DNA of 46,093 bases from Calditrichia bacterium (GTDB lineage: Bacteria; Calditrichota; Calditrichia; RBG-13-44-9; J075): positions 189,860 through 235,952 of the forward strand of contig JBOEGD010000014.1 in NCBI GenBank assembly GCA_050633245.1, read 5' to 3'. Shown piece by piece: positions 27,815-37,515 of the stretch. The first letter of the stretch is position 1. Every line of letters begins with the position of its first letter. The notes under the pieces were generated by a model. It was not told the origin of the DNA. It did not search any database and worked only from the letters and a program-made list of their open reading frames with translations. The translations under genes were made by a program, and so were the position numbers.

Positions 27815-27825
27815 ACCACTCAGCT

Positions 27826-27894
27826 TTGCCATTCAAAACTTTTCCTTGTCATTCATACCATAGCGGAGAATACCTCATTTAATCCAACTATATT
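27826..27894 (+). promoter_or_regulatory. Putative LytTR-binding direct repeat and -10 box of the DUF2306 gene
   Basis: TTGCCATTCA (27826-27835) and TTGTCATTCA (27846-27855), 20-bp period. TATATT at 27889-27894. Confidence 0.6.
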
Positions 27895-27900
27895 TTCTTC

Positions 27901-28509
27901 ATGAAAAAAACACTGTTTATGAGTTTTCTGCTCATCGGAGCGGTCTCTATGGTCGCAATGTCTTATCATTATCTTCAATTTGATCGGTCTGGCATCTTAA
28001 GGATGAAAGAGATCGCTAATCAGGACTGGTTCCTGCTTATGTTTCGAACACATATTTTACTCGGGCTCATCGCCATAACCATCGGACCGTTTCAGTTTAT
28101 GAAATCTATTCGCATCCGCCGCCCTTCACTTCATCGTAAGCTTGGCTATCTCTATATTTTCAGCGTTCTCCTCAGCAGCATCGCCGGACTGATAATCGCG
28201 CAATTCGCGATGGGCGGATGGATTTCAACGATTGGCTTTTCCCTGCTGGCGTTCGGCTGGTTTTACACCACTGCAAAAGCCGTTATTGCCATCAAAGCAG
28301 GACAGATACAGAATCATCAAATGTGGATGTTCTTTAGCTATGCACTAACCTTTGCATCAATCACACAACGCACACTACTCCTCATTCCTTTATTGACGAC
28401 AATTCCATTTATTCCTATCTATCAGCTTTCAGCATGGTTACCATGGGTAGTTAACCTGAGCGTTGCCTATGTTCTACACAGCAAAATATCTGAAACCAGA
28501 CCGTTTTGA
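27901..28509 (+). CDS. DUF2306 family membrane protein
   Basis: HILLG..GPFQF, LHRKLGYLY and HQMWM..SYALTFA..TQR motifs. Confidence 0.85.
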   Translation: MKKTLFMSFLLIGAVSMVAMSYHYLQFDRSGILRMKEIANQDWFLLMFRTHILLGLIAITIGPFQFMKSIRIRRPSLHRKLGYLYIFSVLLSSIAGLIIAQFAMGGWISTIGFSLLAFGWFYTTAKAVIAIKAGQIQNHQMWMFFSYALTFASITQRTLLLIPLLTTIPFIPIYQLSAWLPWVVNLSVAYVLHSKISETRPF

Positions 28510-28609
28510 AACGCGTATCATATTCATCATTGACACACAACCTCGATTTATCGGGAATAGCACATCGCCCGATGGATTCGCTTCTTGCTGAAATCACCGG
28601 GATAAATGC

Positions 28610-29671
28610 ATGTCCTCAAAAATACTTGTTGCACTTATGCTATATTTTGCACTCTGCATTTCCTGTGCGGAAGAGCAGACTACTTCTAAACCACAAATAC
28701 AACAACCGCAGACACAGCATCCTTCCGTAAGAAATGCACATTCTATGGCGTACGATTCTGTTAATAAGCGCCTTGTTCTGTTTGGAGGAGCAGACCACGA
28801 AAAGGTTCTCTCCGACCTGTGGGTTTATAAGACAGATAACTGGCTTCAATTGCAGCGCAAGACCACTCCCCCACCAAGAACCTTTGCCAGCCTTGTATTT
28901 GATGAGCATAACAATCAGCTCCTGCTATTTGGCGGTAATCGGGTTTTATTCGGCGAAAAAACAGACGCGAGCAATTTACTTAACGATACCTGGATATTTA
29001 AAAACGACCGGTGGCATAAGCTGAACCTGCCGGTTTCACCGCAGCCACGCGCAGAAGCGGGAATCGTCTACGACAGATCGACGAATCAGGTCGTCCTCTT
29101 TGGCGGTTACACCATACAAAAGGATGCCTACGTCAAACTTGCTGATACCTGGGTTTTTAAAAACGAACAGTGGCATCAAGAACATACCGAAGGGCCAACG
29201 GCAAGACATGGTGTAGCCATGTGGTATGATACAAAAGATGAACAGGTTTTACTTTTTGGCGGCAGCACTGTCGACAGGCAGTATGGAGCGGCAACAGGTG
29301 AAACATGGGCGTTGGAAAATAATGCCTGGAAAAAGCTTCCGGTTCAACAACCGGAGGGATTATTCAACCCGGCAGCTGCTTACGACAGAAGCATGAGCAG
29401 TTTACTGCTGTTCGGCGGTTGGGAAGGTACAAAAAGAGTGAACAAGACCTCTCGATTTAAGGATCAGAAATGGCAGGAAATAGCCCTTCCGGTTTCGCCA
29501 ACCCCACGCAATCATAGCCAGATGATTTTTGATGAAGCAAAATCGAGGTTTCTGTTATTCGGCGGACATGATGGTGAAAGGGTCTTCGGTGACCTGTGGG
29601 AGTTTAAGGACAACTCCTGGATAAAGCTTACCGGAGTGCAGTCTTTAGCGCGCATCGTCAACGCACACTAA
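28610..29671 (+). CDS. Kelch/galactose-oxidase repeat beta-propeller, probable lipoprotein
   Basis: Six LFGG...(D/E)xW repeats with PxPR linkers. ISC lipobox. Confidence 0.88.
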   Translation: MSSKILVALMLYFALCISCAEEQTTSKPQIQQPQTQHPSVRNAHSMAYDSVNKRLVLFGGADHEKVLSDLWVYKTDNWLQLQRKTTPPPRTFASLVFDEHNNQLLLFGGNRVLFGEKTDASNLLNDTWIFKNDRWHKLNLPVSPQPRAEAGIVYDRSTNQVVLFGGYTIQKDAYVKLADTWVFKNEQWHQEHTEGPTARHGVAMWYDTKDEQVLLFGGSTVDRQYGAATGETWALENNAWKKLPVQQPEGLFNPAAAYDRSMSSLLLFGGWEGTKRVNKTSRFKDQKWQEIALPVSPTPRNHSQMIFDEAKSRFLLFGGHDGERVFGDLWEFKDNSWIKLTGVQSLARIVNAH

Positions 29672-29715
29672 CCTACAATGCAACAACTTTATTGCGCAAA
29701 GAATTTGTTTCATCT

Positions 29716-29743
29716 TGCAACAAAACAGACTCCACTCTGTCTA
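29716..29743 (+). promoter_or_regulatory. ECF-sigma-like promoter
   Basis: TGCAAC, 16 nt, TGTCTA, upstream of ATG 29779. Confidence 0.4.
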
Positions 29744-29778
29744 TTACAAAAATCATAAGACCAACCAGTGGTGGTATC

Positions 29779-31308
29779 ATGTTAATAAGACCTTTTCTTT
29801 CTTTCCTTATCGGCGCAATTTTATTACTCACGTTGCCCTGGTGTAGCCAGAACAATCAAAATACAGCAAATGGTAATTTATGGAAGGCGAATCGGGCAAC
29901 GTTTCAACAGGACAATCCCAACTTCGCGTCCACCTTTGAAGCAAAAGTCTCCGATATCTTCACGCAAAACATGCTACAGGGAGATTTTCTTTTGGCCGTG
30001 GTTAACAAAGACGGACTCGCCTACTCATTCGCATTGAACAATGATATTTTAAACAATAAACCGAGCGCGTTAAGTGAAGATTCTCCGATATACATTGCTT
30101 CTCACTCTAAAGCATTTACCGGCACGTTATTAAAGAAGATGGAAGAAGACGGTGTAATCGATTTAAGCAAATCCCTTCACCATTATCTTCCTGAGCTCAC
30201 CTACGGCGACAGCATTGATACAAAAAAGATCGCCGTAAGACAACTGCTCAATCACACGCATGGTACAAACAGCATCGCACTCATTTTCAAAACGGCTTTT
30301 CTTGGCTATAAAGGCGGACGCTCAGAATTGATTCACGATCTGAATACCCACTTTCGCCACGATCCATCGCATCAGTTCCGCTATTCAAATACCGGCTCGG
30401 TTCTCGCGGGAATTGTTGTCGATAAGCTAACCGGAAATAGCTGGAAAGATGAGATGAAGGAGCGCGTCTTCCTGCCGCTTCAGATGAATAATACCAGCAG
30501 CAATGTAAGTGATTTCACTCGGAAAGATATTCGCCCAAACATACGTGTTGCCCAAAATAATAAGATCGTTCAGAGCGGATTCTTCAAAGAAGATATTACA
30601 ATGAATCCATCCGGTGGAACACTCTCTACTTTGAGTGATCTCAGCAAATGGCTGCATGCAAACATCAATCAGAGTCCGATTTTATTTAAAAGCGCGGCTG
30701 CCTGGAAGGAAATGCATGAACCAACTGTCAGTCAGGATCGCACCTACTTCACCTATAAACGTCATGGTTACAGTTTGGGTTGGGATATTGCGACTTATCA
30801 AAGCGATACGCTTCTCACCCGGTTTGGTGGATTTGCCGGAATTAGTTTTCATGCTTCATTTTTTCCGGGAAGAAAAACCGGTATCGTTGCTTTTTCAAAC
30901 GATCCCAGAGCAACGCGCCTTACACACATAGCGGCAAACTACGCTTACAATCTTCTCAATGAGAGTCTGGATGCCGAGACTATCTTTGCAACAGAAATGC
31001 AGCAATTCGACGAGGTATTTGAAAGAAATAAAAAACGTTTCCAACCTGCGGAGAAAGATATTATCCCAACAAGCAATGAAAATGATGCACTGCTTGGGAA
31101 CTACAAAAACGACTCCGGCTGGCCGGCGATTATTATAGATAAGCAAGAAGAAACCTACCGAATGACCTGGGGTATTCAGAGCGGGGTTATTTATAAATCC
31201 GCTGATCCTGACGCTCCTTTTGTCGGCATGCTGGGTGCTATCACCAGGCACTTTCGTGTAGAAAAAGACAGCTTGTTCACCGGTTCGCTACATTATAAAA
31301 AGATGTAG
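29779..31308 (+). CDS. Secreted serine hydrolase (beta-lactamase fold)
   Basis: IASHSK, LLNHTHG, YSN and RFGG motifs. GGTGG RBS before ATG 29779. Confidence 0.88.
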   Translation: MLIRPFLSFLIGAILLLTLPWCSQNNQNTANGNLWKANRATFQQDNPNFASTFEAKVSDIFTQNMLQGDFLLAVVNKDGLAYSFALNNDILNNKPSALSEDSPIYIASHSKAFTGTLLKKMEEDGVIDLSKSLHHYLPELTYGDSIDTKKIAVRQLLNHTHGTNSIALIFKTAFLGYKGGRSELIHDLNTHFRHDPSHQFRYSNTGSVLAGIVVDKLTGNSWKDEMKERVFLPLQMNNTSSNVSDFTRKDIRPNIRVAQNNKIVQSGFFKEDITMNPSGGTLSTLSDLSKWLHANINQSPILFKSAAAWKEMHEPTVSQDRTYFTYKRHGYSLGWDIATYQSDTLLTRFGGFAGISFHASFFPGRKTGIVAFSNDPRATRLTHIAANYAYNLLNESLDAETIFATEMQQFDEVFERNKKRFQPAEKDIIPTSNENDALLGNYKNDSGWPAIIIDKQEETYRMTWGIQSGVIYKSADPDAPFVGMLGAITRHFRVEKDSLFTGSLHYKKM

Positions 31309-31428
31309 ACTCTCTATTCCGAAATTGTGTTTAGGCTAAGTGCAAAAGAGATGTTATCCTTTAGTTCAGTAATGCACTGATGGGATAGCAACCCATCTCT
31401 CTGAACAGACACAAGGAAAGGTAAAATT

Positions 31429-32379
31429 GTGAGTCAACAGCTTGGCCTGGGTACCGCCGCAATTGGACGTCCACAGTATATAAATATTCGTGAACAGGAA
31501 CAGCAGCCTTTTCAAATGAACACCTTCAAAGAAAAAGGTCGTTCGGTTTTAGAGGCTGCCTACCAACAGGGCATTCGCTACTTCGATACGGCTCCCGGCT
31601 ATGGGCTTGCCGAGAAGCTACTTCTGGAATGGCTTTTGGAGAAGCAGGATGCCAGTATCGAGGTTGCCTCAAAATGGGGCTACACCTACACCGCCAATTT
31701 CGAGAAAAACGCATCCGTACATGAGCTGAAGGAGCACAGCCTCGCCAAACTGAATGAGCAGTGGGAGTTCACTCGAAAACTGTTACCCTTTCTAACCACC
31801 TACCAAATTCACTCCGCAACATTCGATACCGGAGTTCTTGAAAACAAGGCCGTTTTGGAAAGACTTGCCGAGCTAAAAGAACAGTTCGAACTGCATATTG
31901 GCTTAACCACCAGCGGGGCAAATCAGACCGACGTTATTCAAAAAGCCATGACAATTGAGCTGAATGACAAACCGCTATTTACGGCTTACCAGGTAACCTG
32001 CAATATTTTTGAGCAAAGTCTGTTTGAGATTTATCGAGATCTAACATCCCTTGGTGTGCGAGTCATTATTAAAGAGGCCATGGCCAATGGGCGTGTTTTT
32101 CCAAATACACACTATCCCGATTACAAAACAACTTATGAAATCCTGAATGAAATAGCTGAGAAGTATGGGGTCGGAGTGGATGCGGTTGCCCTTCGCTTTT
32201 GCATGGACAGCCTAAAACCATTTAAAGTTTTGAGCGGCGTGTCTGAAACAACCCATCTCATAGACAATCATAAATCATGTACATTCGCCTTAACCGAAGA
32301 TGAATTAGCGTCGCTAAAACAGTTAAAGGTTTCTTCACAGTACTATTGGGCGGAAAGAAAGCTGTTGCCGTGGCGTTAA
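31429..32379 (+). CDS. Aldo/keto reductase
   Basis: LGLGTAAIG, YFDTAPGYG, ASKWG, YQIH and KEAMANG motifs. AAGGAAAGG RBS. Confidence 0.9.
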   Translation: MSQQLGLGTAAIGRPQYINIREQEQQPFQMNTFKEKGRSVLEAAYQQGIRYFDTAPGYGLAEKLLLEWLLEKQDASIEVASKWGYTYTANFEKNASVHELKEHSLAKLNEQWEFTRKLLPFLTTYQIHSATFDTGVLENKAVLERLAELKEQFELHIGLTTSGANQTDVIQKAMTIELNDKPLFTAYQVTCNIFEQSLFEIYRDLTSLGVRVIIKEAMANGRVFPNTHYPDYKTTYEILNEIAEKYGVGVDAVALRFCMDSLKPFKVLSGVSETTHLIDNHKSCTFALTEDELASLKQLKVSSQYYWAERKLLPWR

Positions 32380-32439
32380 TTCTGCCCCTACATTAACTCC
32401 ATAATTGGTACATTGTGGTATAAAAGGCGGTAGCAAACT

Positions 32440-32832
32440 GTGGAATGGTACATACCTATTACAATTTTACCGGGAATCGGCATGTTGATTTTGTCTACTA
32501 CCGGACAAATGATGACGCTAAGCATGGAGATCGGTGAACTTCTCTCAAAAAAATGTTCTCCAATTCAGCATTCCATTTCAGATATGAAAATAAAGCAGCT
32601 CGAACGACTCACAAAGTCAGCAACACTGCTCTACATTTCTGCCGCATGCTTTGTTCTTTCAGGAATTCTTGACGCAGTTATGCCAATCGCCCTGTCATTC
32701 AATCTGCCGAACTACACGTTGATTACCGGTGTGATCATGGTATTTGTTGCACTTGCCCTGCTTATTAACTACAGTTTCCATACCGTAAAGATTCGCAAGC
32801 TTCAGCACAATCATAACCACACCATGGAGTAA
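32440..32832 (+). CDS. Small membrane protein (DUF2721-like)
   Basis: Three hydrophobic segments and an N-terminal PITILPGIGMLILST. Confidence 0.6.
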   Translation: MEWYIPITILPGIGMLILSTTGQMMTLSMEIGELLSKKCSPIQHSISDMKIKQLERLTKSATLLYISAACFVLSGILDAVMPIALSFNLPNYTLITGVIMVFVALALLINYSFHTVKIRKLQHNHNHTME

Positions 32833-32987
32833 CACCGCAAACACTATTGTTCAGTGATGCGTACCAAATCACTTTATGAAGGGCGCCTGTCAGACCATAT
32901 TGAAAAATAAGGCTTTAGAGTAGTGCGGAAGTAGAATTGAGCAAAAAGAAACTGATCGTCAGAGAAACTCAGGAGTTACGAAACATT

Positions 32988-33359
32988 ATGGTTACCACTG
33001 AACCGATTCTTGGCGTTAAAGATGTTACAAAAAGCTCAACATGGTATCAGACGCTATTCAACTGCGAAAGCGCACATGGCGGAGATAAATTTGAGATCCT
33101 AAAAAACAAGACAGGCGCGGTCATTTTGTGTCTGCACAAATGGGGAGAACACGATCATCCGACACTTCGCTCTCCAGACATCCCGACCGGCAATGGACTC
33201 ATCCTCTACTTCAGGGTTCAGGATTTAGAACAGACCTGGAACAATGCTCTTGAACTGAATGCTGAGATTGAAGCAAAACCTTCCCACAACGAGAACTCCG
33301 GGCAAAAGGAATTTGCCATAAGAGATCTTGACGGCTATTATCTGCTTATCTCGAAATAA
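32988..33359 (+). CDS. VOC/glyoxalase family protein
   Basis: PILGVKDV..SSTWY, GNGLILYFRV and EFAIRDLDGY motifs. AGGAG RBS. Confidence 0.88.
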   Translation: MVTTEPILGVKDVTKSSTWYQTLFNCESAHGGDKFEILKNKTGAVILCLHKWGEHDHPTLRSPDIPTGNGLILYFRVQDLEQTWNNALELNAEIEAKPSHNENSGQKEFAIRDLDGYYLLISK

Positions 33360-33402
33360 TCGGAATACCCGCATTCGTTTAAACCTCAGAAAGACAACTT
33401 AA

Positions 33403-34230
33403 ATGCGTCTCAATATCTGTCATACAACACCAACTTTCCGACCGGGCAGTTTCCGTCTAATTTGCCTTGCGCTATTTCTTTTTGCCGTTTCAATTAGCGG
33501 CTGCAATTCCGGTGAGACTGAAAAACAGTCAACAAACGAAGAGCCGGCACCCCTCGTCGAGTTATTTGAAGCCGATTTAGCAAAGCTGGACAAGACCGCA
33601 TTACAGTCTTTGGATAAGGCCACAAATTTATTCAAGGGTTATCAATCAAAGATCGAGAACCAAGAGAAGGGTGATCTGCTTTTTCAACCGTATTTCAATT
33701 TTTACAATTCGGGACGAAATATTCTGGTCGCTAAAAGCGATAGTCTTGTTGCCGCCTATGGCTTTAGTCGTAAAGTAAACGATGCAAAGGAATTTATTGT
33801 CCCCACATACAATGCATATTGGAAGATAAATATTTTACCCTATCTATCGAGTGCGATGAAGGACTTCACAACACAACAACTTATTGAGTTTGATGATCCC
33901 GGTACGCTGGAATCTCGCGCAAAATATGCCATTTGGTGGGAACAGTTTAATCGTGGGAACCCGGACTTTTTCATGGCAGGAATGTCACAATATCATTATA
34001 CCTATTGGCATGTAAACAAACTTTTGAACGGCACCAGGCGCGCAAATGTATTTAATGGTAAAGGTGTTTTAATTGCGAAGGCAAAATCCGTATATCAATC
34101 GGTCATTGATGAGTATCCCGAGTCAGGCACTGCCGGAATTCTAAAAGAATATCTGGCACTTCTTGAACAGACTAAGGGAAAAAAGACTGCCGAAGTAGAA
34201 GATTTCTTAAAACAATACAAATCGGAGTAA
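33403..34230 (+). CDS. Hypothetical lipoprotein
   Basis: Lipobox ISGC. Helical C-terminus (YQSVIDEYPES). Confidence 0.7.
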   Translation: MRLNICHTTPTFRPGSFRLICLALFLFAVSISGCNSGETEKQSTNEEPAPLVELFEADLAKLDKTALQSLDKATNLFKGYQSKIENQEKGDLLFQPYFNFYNSGRNILVAKSDSLVAAYGFSRKVNDAKEFIVPTYNAYWKINILPYLSSAMKDFTTQQLIEFDDPGTLESRAKYAIWWEQFNRGNPDFFMAGMSQYHYTYWHVNKLLNGTRRANVFNGKGVLIAKAKSVYQSVIDEYPESGTAGILKEYLALLEQTKGKKTAEVEDFLKQYKSE

Positions 34231-34294
34231 ACCATCAAACTTTGTGTATCATTCAAAGATTTAATATATTTTGTAAACCTTTGGAAAGCACATC

Positions 34295-34822
34295 ATGAGT
34301 TCAGAACAGAATGCTTTACACATTCCGCATATCCGGCCACGCTTCCGAATAACGGTTCCTTCCGCTAAAAACCAACTCATGGACCGGATTCGGAACCTTT
34401 TACACACATCCGATGAACGGATCGTCGGCACAATCGTGGACAATCACGTTATCCTCGACATCACAAAAGAGGACATCCACTATTGGTCCCCACAGGTAAA
34501 TTTTCGCATTGAAGAAGATAATTATGATCCAACCCAAAGCGTATTGTCCGGCATCATTGGACCCAGACCAAAAGTATGGACCTTATTTATGTTCATCTAC
34601 TTTGCGATTGGCGTAATTGGCTTTTTTATCTCTTCTTTTGGAGTGGCTAGACTTATGATGGGTGAGCAAACAATTTTGTTGTGGGCATTTCCTGTTGCAA
34701 TATTGCTAATGCTTACCGCATACCTCGCCGGAAAAATGGGCGAACGTCTTGGCAGTGATCAGGTCGAGGTACTCAAATCTTTTATCATTGAGGCCATCTC
34801 GAATCCGACTACAGAACTATAA
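34295..34822 (+). CDS. Hypothetical membrane protein (2 TM)
   Basis: IRPRF, HYWSPQ and GPRPKVWTLFMFIY, followed by two TM helices. Confidence 0.75.
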   Translation: MSSEQNALHIPHIRPRFRITVPSAKNQLMDRIRNLLHTSDERIVGTIVDNHVILDITKEDIHYWSPQVNFRIEEDNYDPTQSVLSGIIGPRPKVWTLFMFIYFAIGVIGFFISSFGVARLMMGEQTILLWAFPVAILLMLTAYLAGKMGERLGSDQVEVLKSFIIEAISNPTTEL

Positions 34823-34927
34823 GAAGCTGCACACCTTAATCAAAAGAAATGAAGATACACACTGGTAGTAAAAACGTAATAAACACGCCTTTCTATGACC
34901 AACTTATACATTACGCTATATTGATAA

Positions 34928-35035
34928 ATGGATTTACTCAATCAACTAGACGATTTGCTTCCGCTCGCCCGCGACTGGGTCGAGGAGCAAGAGCGACTGA
35001 TTGTCAGTAAGGGAGTTCTGGGTTCTGGGTTCTGA
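34928..35035 (+). pseudogene. N-terminal gene stub truncated at a heptamer tandem repeat
   Basis: MDLLNQLDDLLPLARDWVEEQERLIVSKGV, then repeat-derived LGSGF*. Confidence 0.55.
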
Positions 35036-35076
35036 GTTCTGGGTTCTGAGTTCTGAGCTCTCGCTTCTGACACCTG
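35014..35076. repeat. 7-bp tandem repeat (RGTTCTG)6 plus 3 degenerate units
   Basis: AGTTCTG GGTTCTG GGTTCTG AGTTCTG GGTTCTG AGTTCTG AGCTCTC GCTTCTG ACACCTG. Confidence 0.9.
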
Positions 35077-35163
35077 TTTTTCAGCAAATCGCCTCAATTC
35101 GCTAATATCAGCAAACCGATTCAATAGAATTCATTTTAATACCTCTGTAGAGTATATTATACC

Positions 35164-37515
35164 ATGAACGACAACAAAGATAAAATTGAGCTGCTGCTTG
35201 GCAAGCTTGAAACGCTTTTGCAGAAGCAGGAATCATTTGCGCAGGAAGTACAAGCATTGCGCAGTGAGATCCACAACTTAACCGGCGTTGAGCAAAAGGC
35301 AACCCCAGCACCGGAAGCTCCAACACCCCAGCCAACACAGACAGAGCAAACTGTTCAACCCACAACAGCGCCAAAGCCGCAAAGCAATCCTGTCAAGCGG
35401 CCTAAAGCACCGCGCAAGCCACTAATTCCGGAAGAACTTCAAAAAGATCTCGAAAAGTTCATTGGCGAGAACCTGATAAACAAAATCGGAATTGCTATCC
35501 TGATTCTAGGGGTTGCGATTGGTGCCAAGTATTCTATAGACAACAACCTGATTAGCCCGTTAACACGCATCATTCTCGGCTATCTGTCCGGGCTTGGTCT
35601 GCTTGGTTTCGGCATGAAATTGCGAAAGAAATACGAAAGTTATAGCGCAGTGTTGGTTAGCGGCGCGATGGCAATCTTTTACTTTCTTACCTTTGCCGCC
35701 TATAGCTTTTATGGGCTAATTCCGCAGAGTATTACCTTTGCACTCATGGTCATCTTTACGGCGTTTACGGTATTCGCTGCTCTCAGCTATAATCAACAGG
35801 CAATTGCTCATATTGGCCTGGTTGGTGCCTACGCCGTGCCGTTCCTGCTAAGCGACGGTTCGGGTAAAGTCGCTGTTTTATTCACCTATATGGCCATCAT
35901 CAATATTGGAATCTTGTTCACAGCATTTAAGCGCTACTGGAAACCCCTCTATTACGTGGCATTTGGGTTTACCTGGCTTATTTTTTTAAGCTGGTATTCC
36001 ATAGAGTATCGCCTCGAAGACCACTTTGGACTTGCACTGACATTCGCAATTATTTTCTTTGCGACGTTTTACCTCACCTTTTTAGCCTACAAGCTAATTC
36101 GCAACGAGCAATTTCAGGCAAGAGATGTTCAGCTGCTGCTTGCCAATTCTTTCACCTTTTACGGTGTTGGCTATTCAATACTAAGTTCACATGAAATCGG
36201 CATGCACCTGTTGGGTCTTTTTACGTTATTAAACGCAGTCGTGCATTTTATCGTCAGCGCAGTTTTTTATCGCCGAAAGCTGGCAGATCGGAACCTGTTT
36301 TATCTGGCATCCGGGCTGGTATTGGTATTTATTACTATCGCTATTCCGGTACAGCTGGACGGCAATTGGGTGACACTGCTATGGGTCGGTGAGGCGGCAC
36401 TGCTGTATTGGATTGGCAAGACGAAAAATATCGGGATTTATGAGAAGCTTTCTTACCCGCTGATGGCTTTGGCTTTTTTTAGCATCCTACACGACTGGTC
36501 AAATGTATATGATCGCTACGATTTTTCATCGACCGGCTTACACTTTACACCGGTTTTTAACATCCACTTTTTAAGTTCACTACTATTTATTGCGGCCTTC
36601 GCCTTTATTGTTTATTTGCAACAAAACAAAACATATCCATCAATACTTGGCAGCGGTCGATTGGCGAAGTTTGCCGCTATTGCCATTCCCGCGACTCTGT
36701 TATATGTAACATATTCAGCTTTTCACCTGGAAATTGGCAATTACTTCGAGCAGCGTCATGGATTGTCTGCGATTGCAGATGGTTCTGATTCGTATGGCGG
36801 GCAATACTACAATTATGATTTACTAAAGTTCAAAAACATTTGGCTAATAAACTACTCGCTACTCTTTCTAACAATTTTAGCGTTTTTCAATATTGAGAAG
36901 CTTCAAAATCGAATACTGGGAATCGTTAATCTTGGCTTTAGCACTTTTGCAATCGCGGCTTTTTTGCTTGGCAGTCTCTATTCGCTTGGCGAGCTACGCA
37001 GTTCTTATATAAACCAATCCATGGCAGAATATTATAACACCGGAATCTTTCACCTTGTTATTCGATATATCGCTTATGGCTTTGTCGCCCTCACTTTATT
37101 CAGCTGCTATAAGTATACGAAGCAAAAGTTTATGCAGAATGGGCAAGATCTTGTTAGACCATTTGATTTACTTCTTCACATCAGCTTGTTATGGCTAGCA
37201 AGTAGCGAACTGATTCACTGGTTAGATCTGGCCGGCGTTGCATCCGATAAGCTGGGTCTAAGTATTTTGTGGGGTGTGTATTCTCTGGCTTTAATTGCCT
37301 TTGGTATTTGGAAAGGCAGGAAACACCTACGCATCGGCGCCATTGCTCTCTTTGGAGTTACGCTCCTAAAGCTCTTTGCTTATGACATTGCTGATCTGAA
37401 CACAATTGCCAAGACAGTCGTATTTATGTCACTCGGCCTGCTGCTGCTAACTATATCATTCTTGTACAACAAATACAAACACCTGATTGTTGATGAAAAT
37501 GAAAACAAAGAATAA
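35164..37515 (+). CDS. DUF2339 family polytopic membrane protein
   Basis: N-terminal coiled coil and Pro-rich linker, LEKFIGENLINKIG, many TM helices and KLFAYDI..LLLTISFLY. Confidence 0.9.
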   Translation: MNDNKDKIELLLGKLETLLQKQESFAQEVQALRSEIHNLTGVEQKATPAPEAPTPQPTQTEQTVQPTTAPKPQSNPVKRPKAPRKPLIPEELQKDLEKFIGENLINKIGIAILILGVAIGAKYSIDNNLISPLTRIILGYLSGLGLLGFGMKLRKKYESYSAVLVSGAMAIFYFLTFAAYSFYGLIPQSITFALMVIFTAFTVFAALSYNQQAIAHIGLVGAYAVPFLLSDGSGKVAVLFTYMAIINIGILFTAFKRYWKPLYYVAFGFTWLIFLSWYSIEYRLEDHFGLALTFAIIFFATFYLTFLAYKLIRNEQFQARDVQLLLANSFTFYGVGYSILSSHEIGMHLLGLFTLLNAVVHFIVSAVFYRRKLADRNLFYLASGLVLVFITIAIPVQLDGNWVTLLWVGEAALLYWIGKTKNIGIYEKLSYPLMALAFFSILHDWSNVYDRYDFSSTGLHFTPVFNIHFLSSLLFIAAFAFIVYLQQNKTYPSILGSGRLAKFAAIAIPATLLYVTYSAFHLEIGNYFEQRHGLSAIADGSDSYGGQYYNYDLLKFKNIWLINYSLLFLTILAFFNIEKLQNRILGIVNLGFSTFAIAAFLLGSLYSLGELRSSYINQSMAEYYNTGIFHLVIRYIAYGFVALTLFSCYKYTKQKFMQNGQDLVRPFDLLLHISLLWLASSELIHWLDLAGVASDKLGLSILWGVYSLALIAFGIWKGRKHLRIGAIALFGVTLLKLFAYDIADLNTIAKTVVFMSLGLLLLTISFLYNKYKHLIVDENENKE

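Noticed and set aside
28506-28730. 74-aa ORF bridging the DUF2306 and kelch genes
   Set aside because: It has a TTG start, no motif and overlaps the kelch gene out of frame. It is probably spurious or a small remnant.
4718-31308. Calling the four SxxK proteins beta-lactamases, or 7176-7724 a dfrA trimethoprim-resistance gene
   Set aside because: The motifs identify only the fold. The triad variants (HFG, HGG, ATG, RFG) and the RibD-C-type DHFR signature fit generic hydrolases and reductases, so resistance cannot be inferred.
31352-31425. SAM-I riboswitch (TTATC...GCAACC resemblance)
   Set aside because: It lacks the GAGGGA kink-turn/pseudoknot and GGTGC elements, and the downstream gene is not in methionine metabolism.
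35014-35076. Possible CRISPR array
   Set aside because: The units are contiguous 7-mers with no spacers, and there are no cas genes in the window.
34942-35124. Minus-strand 60-aa ORF with QNSEPRTQNPEPRT repeats
   Set aside because: It is simply the translation of the heptamer tandem repeat.
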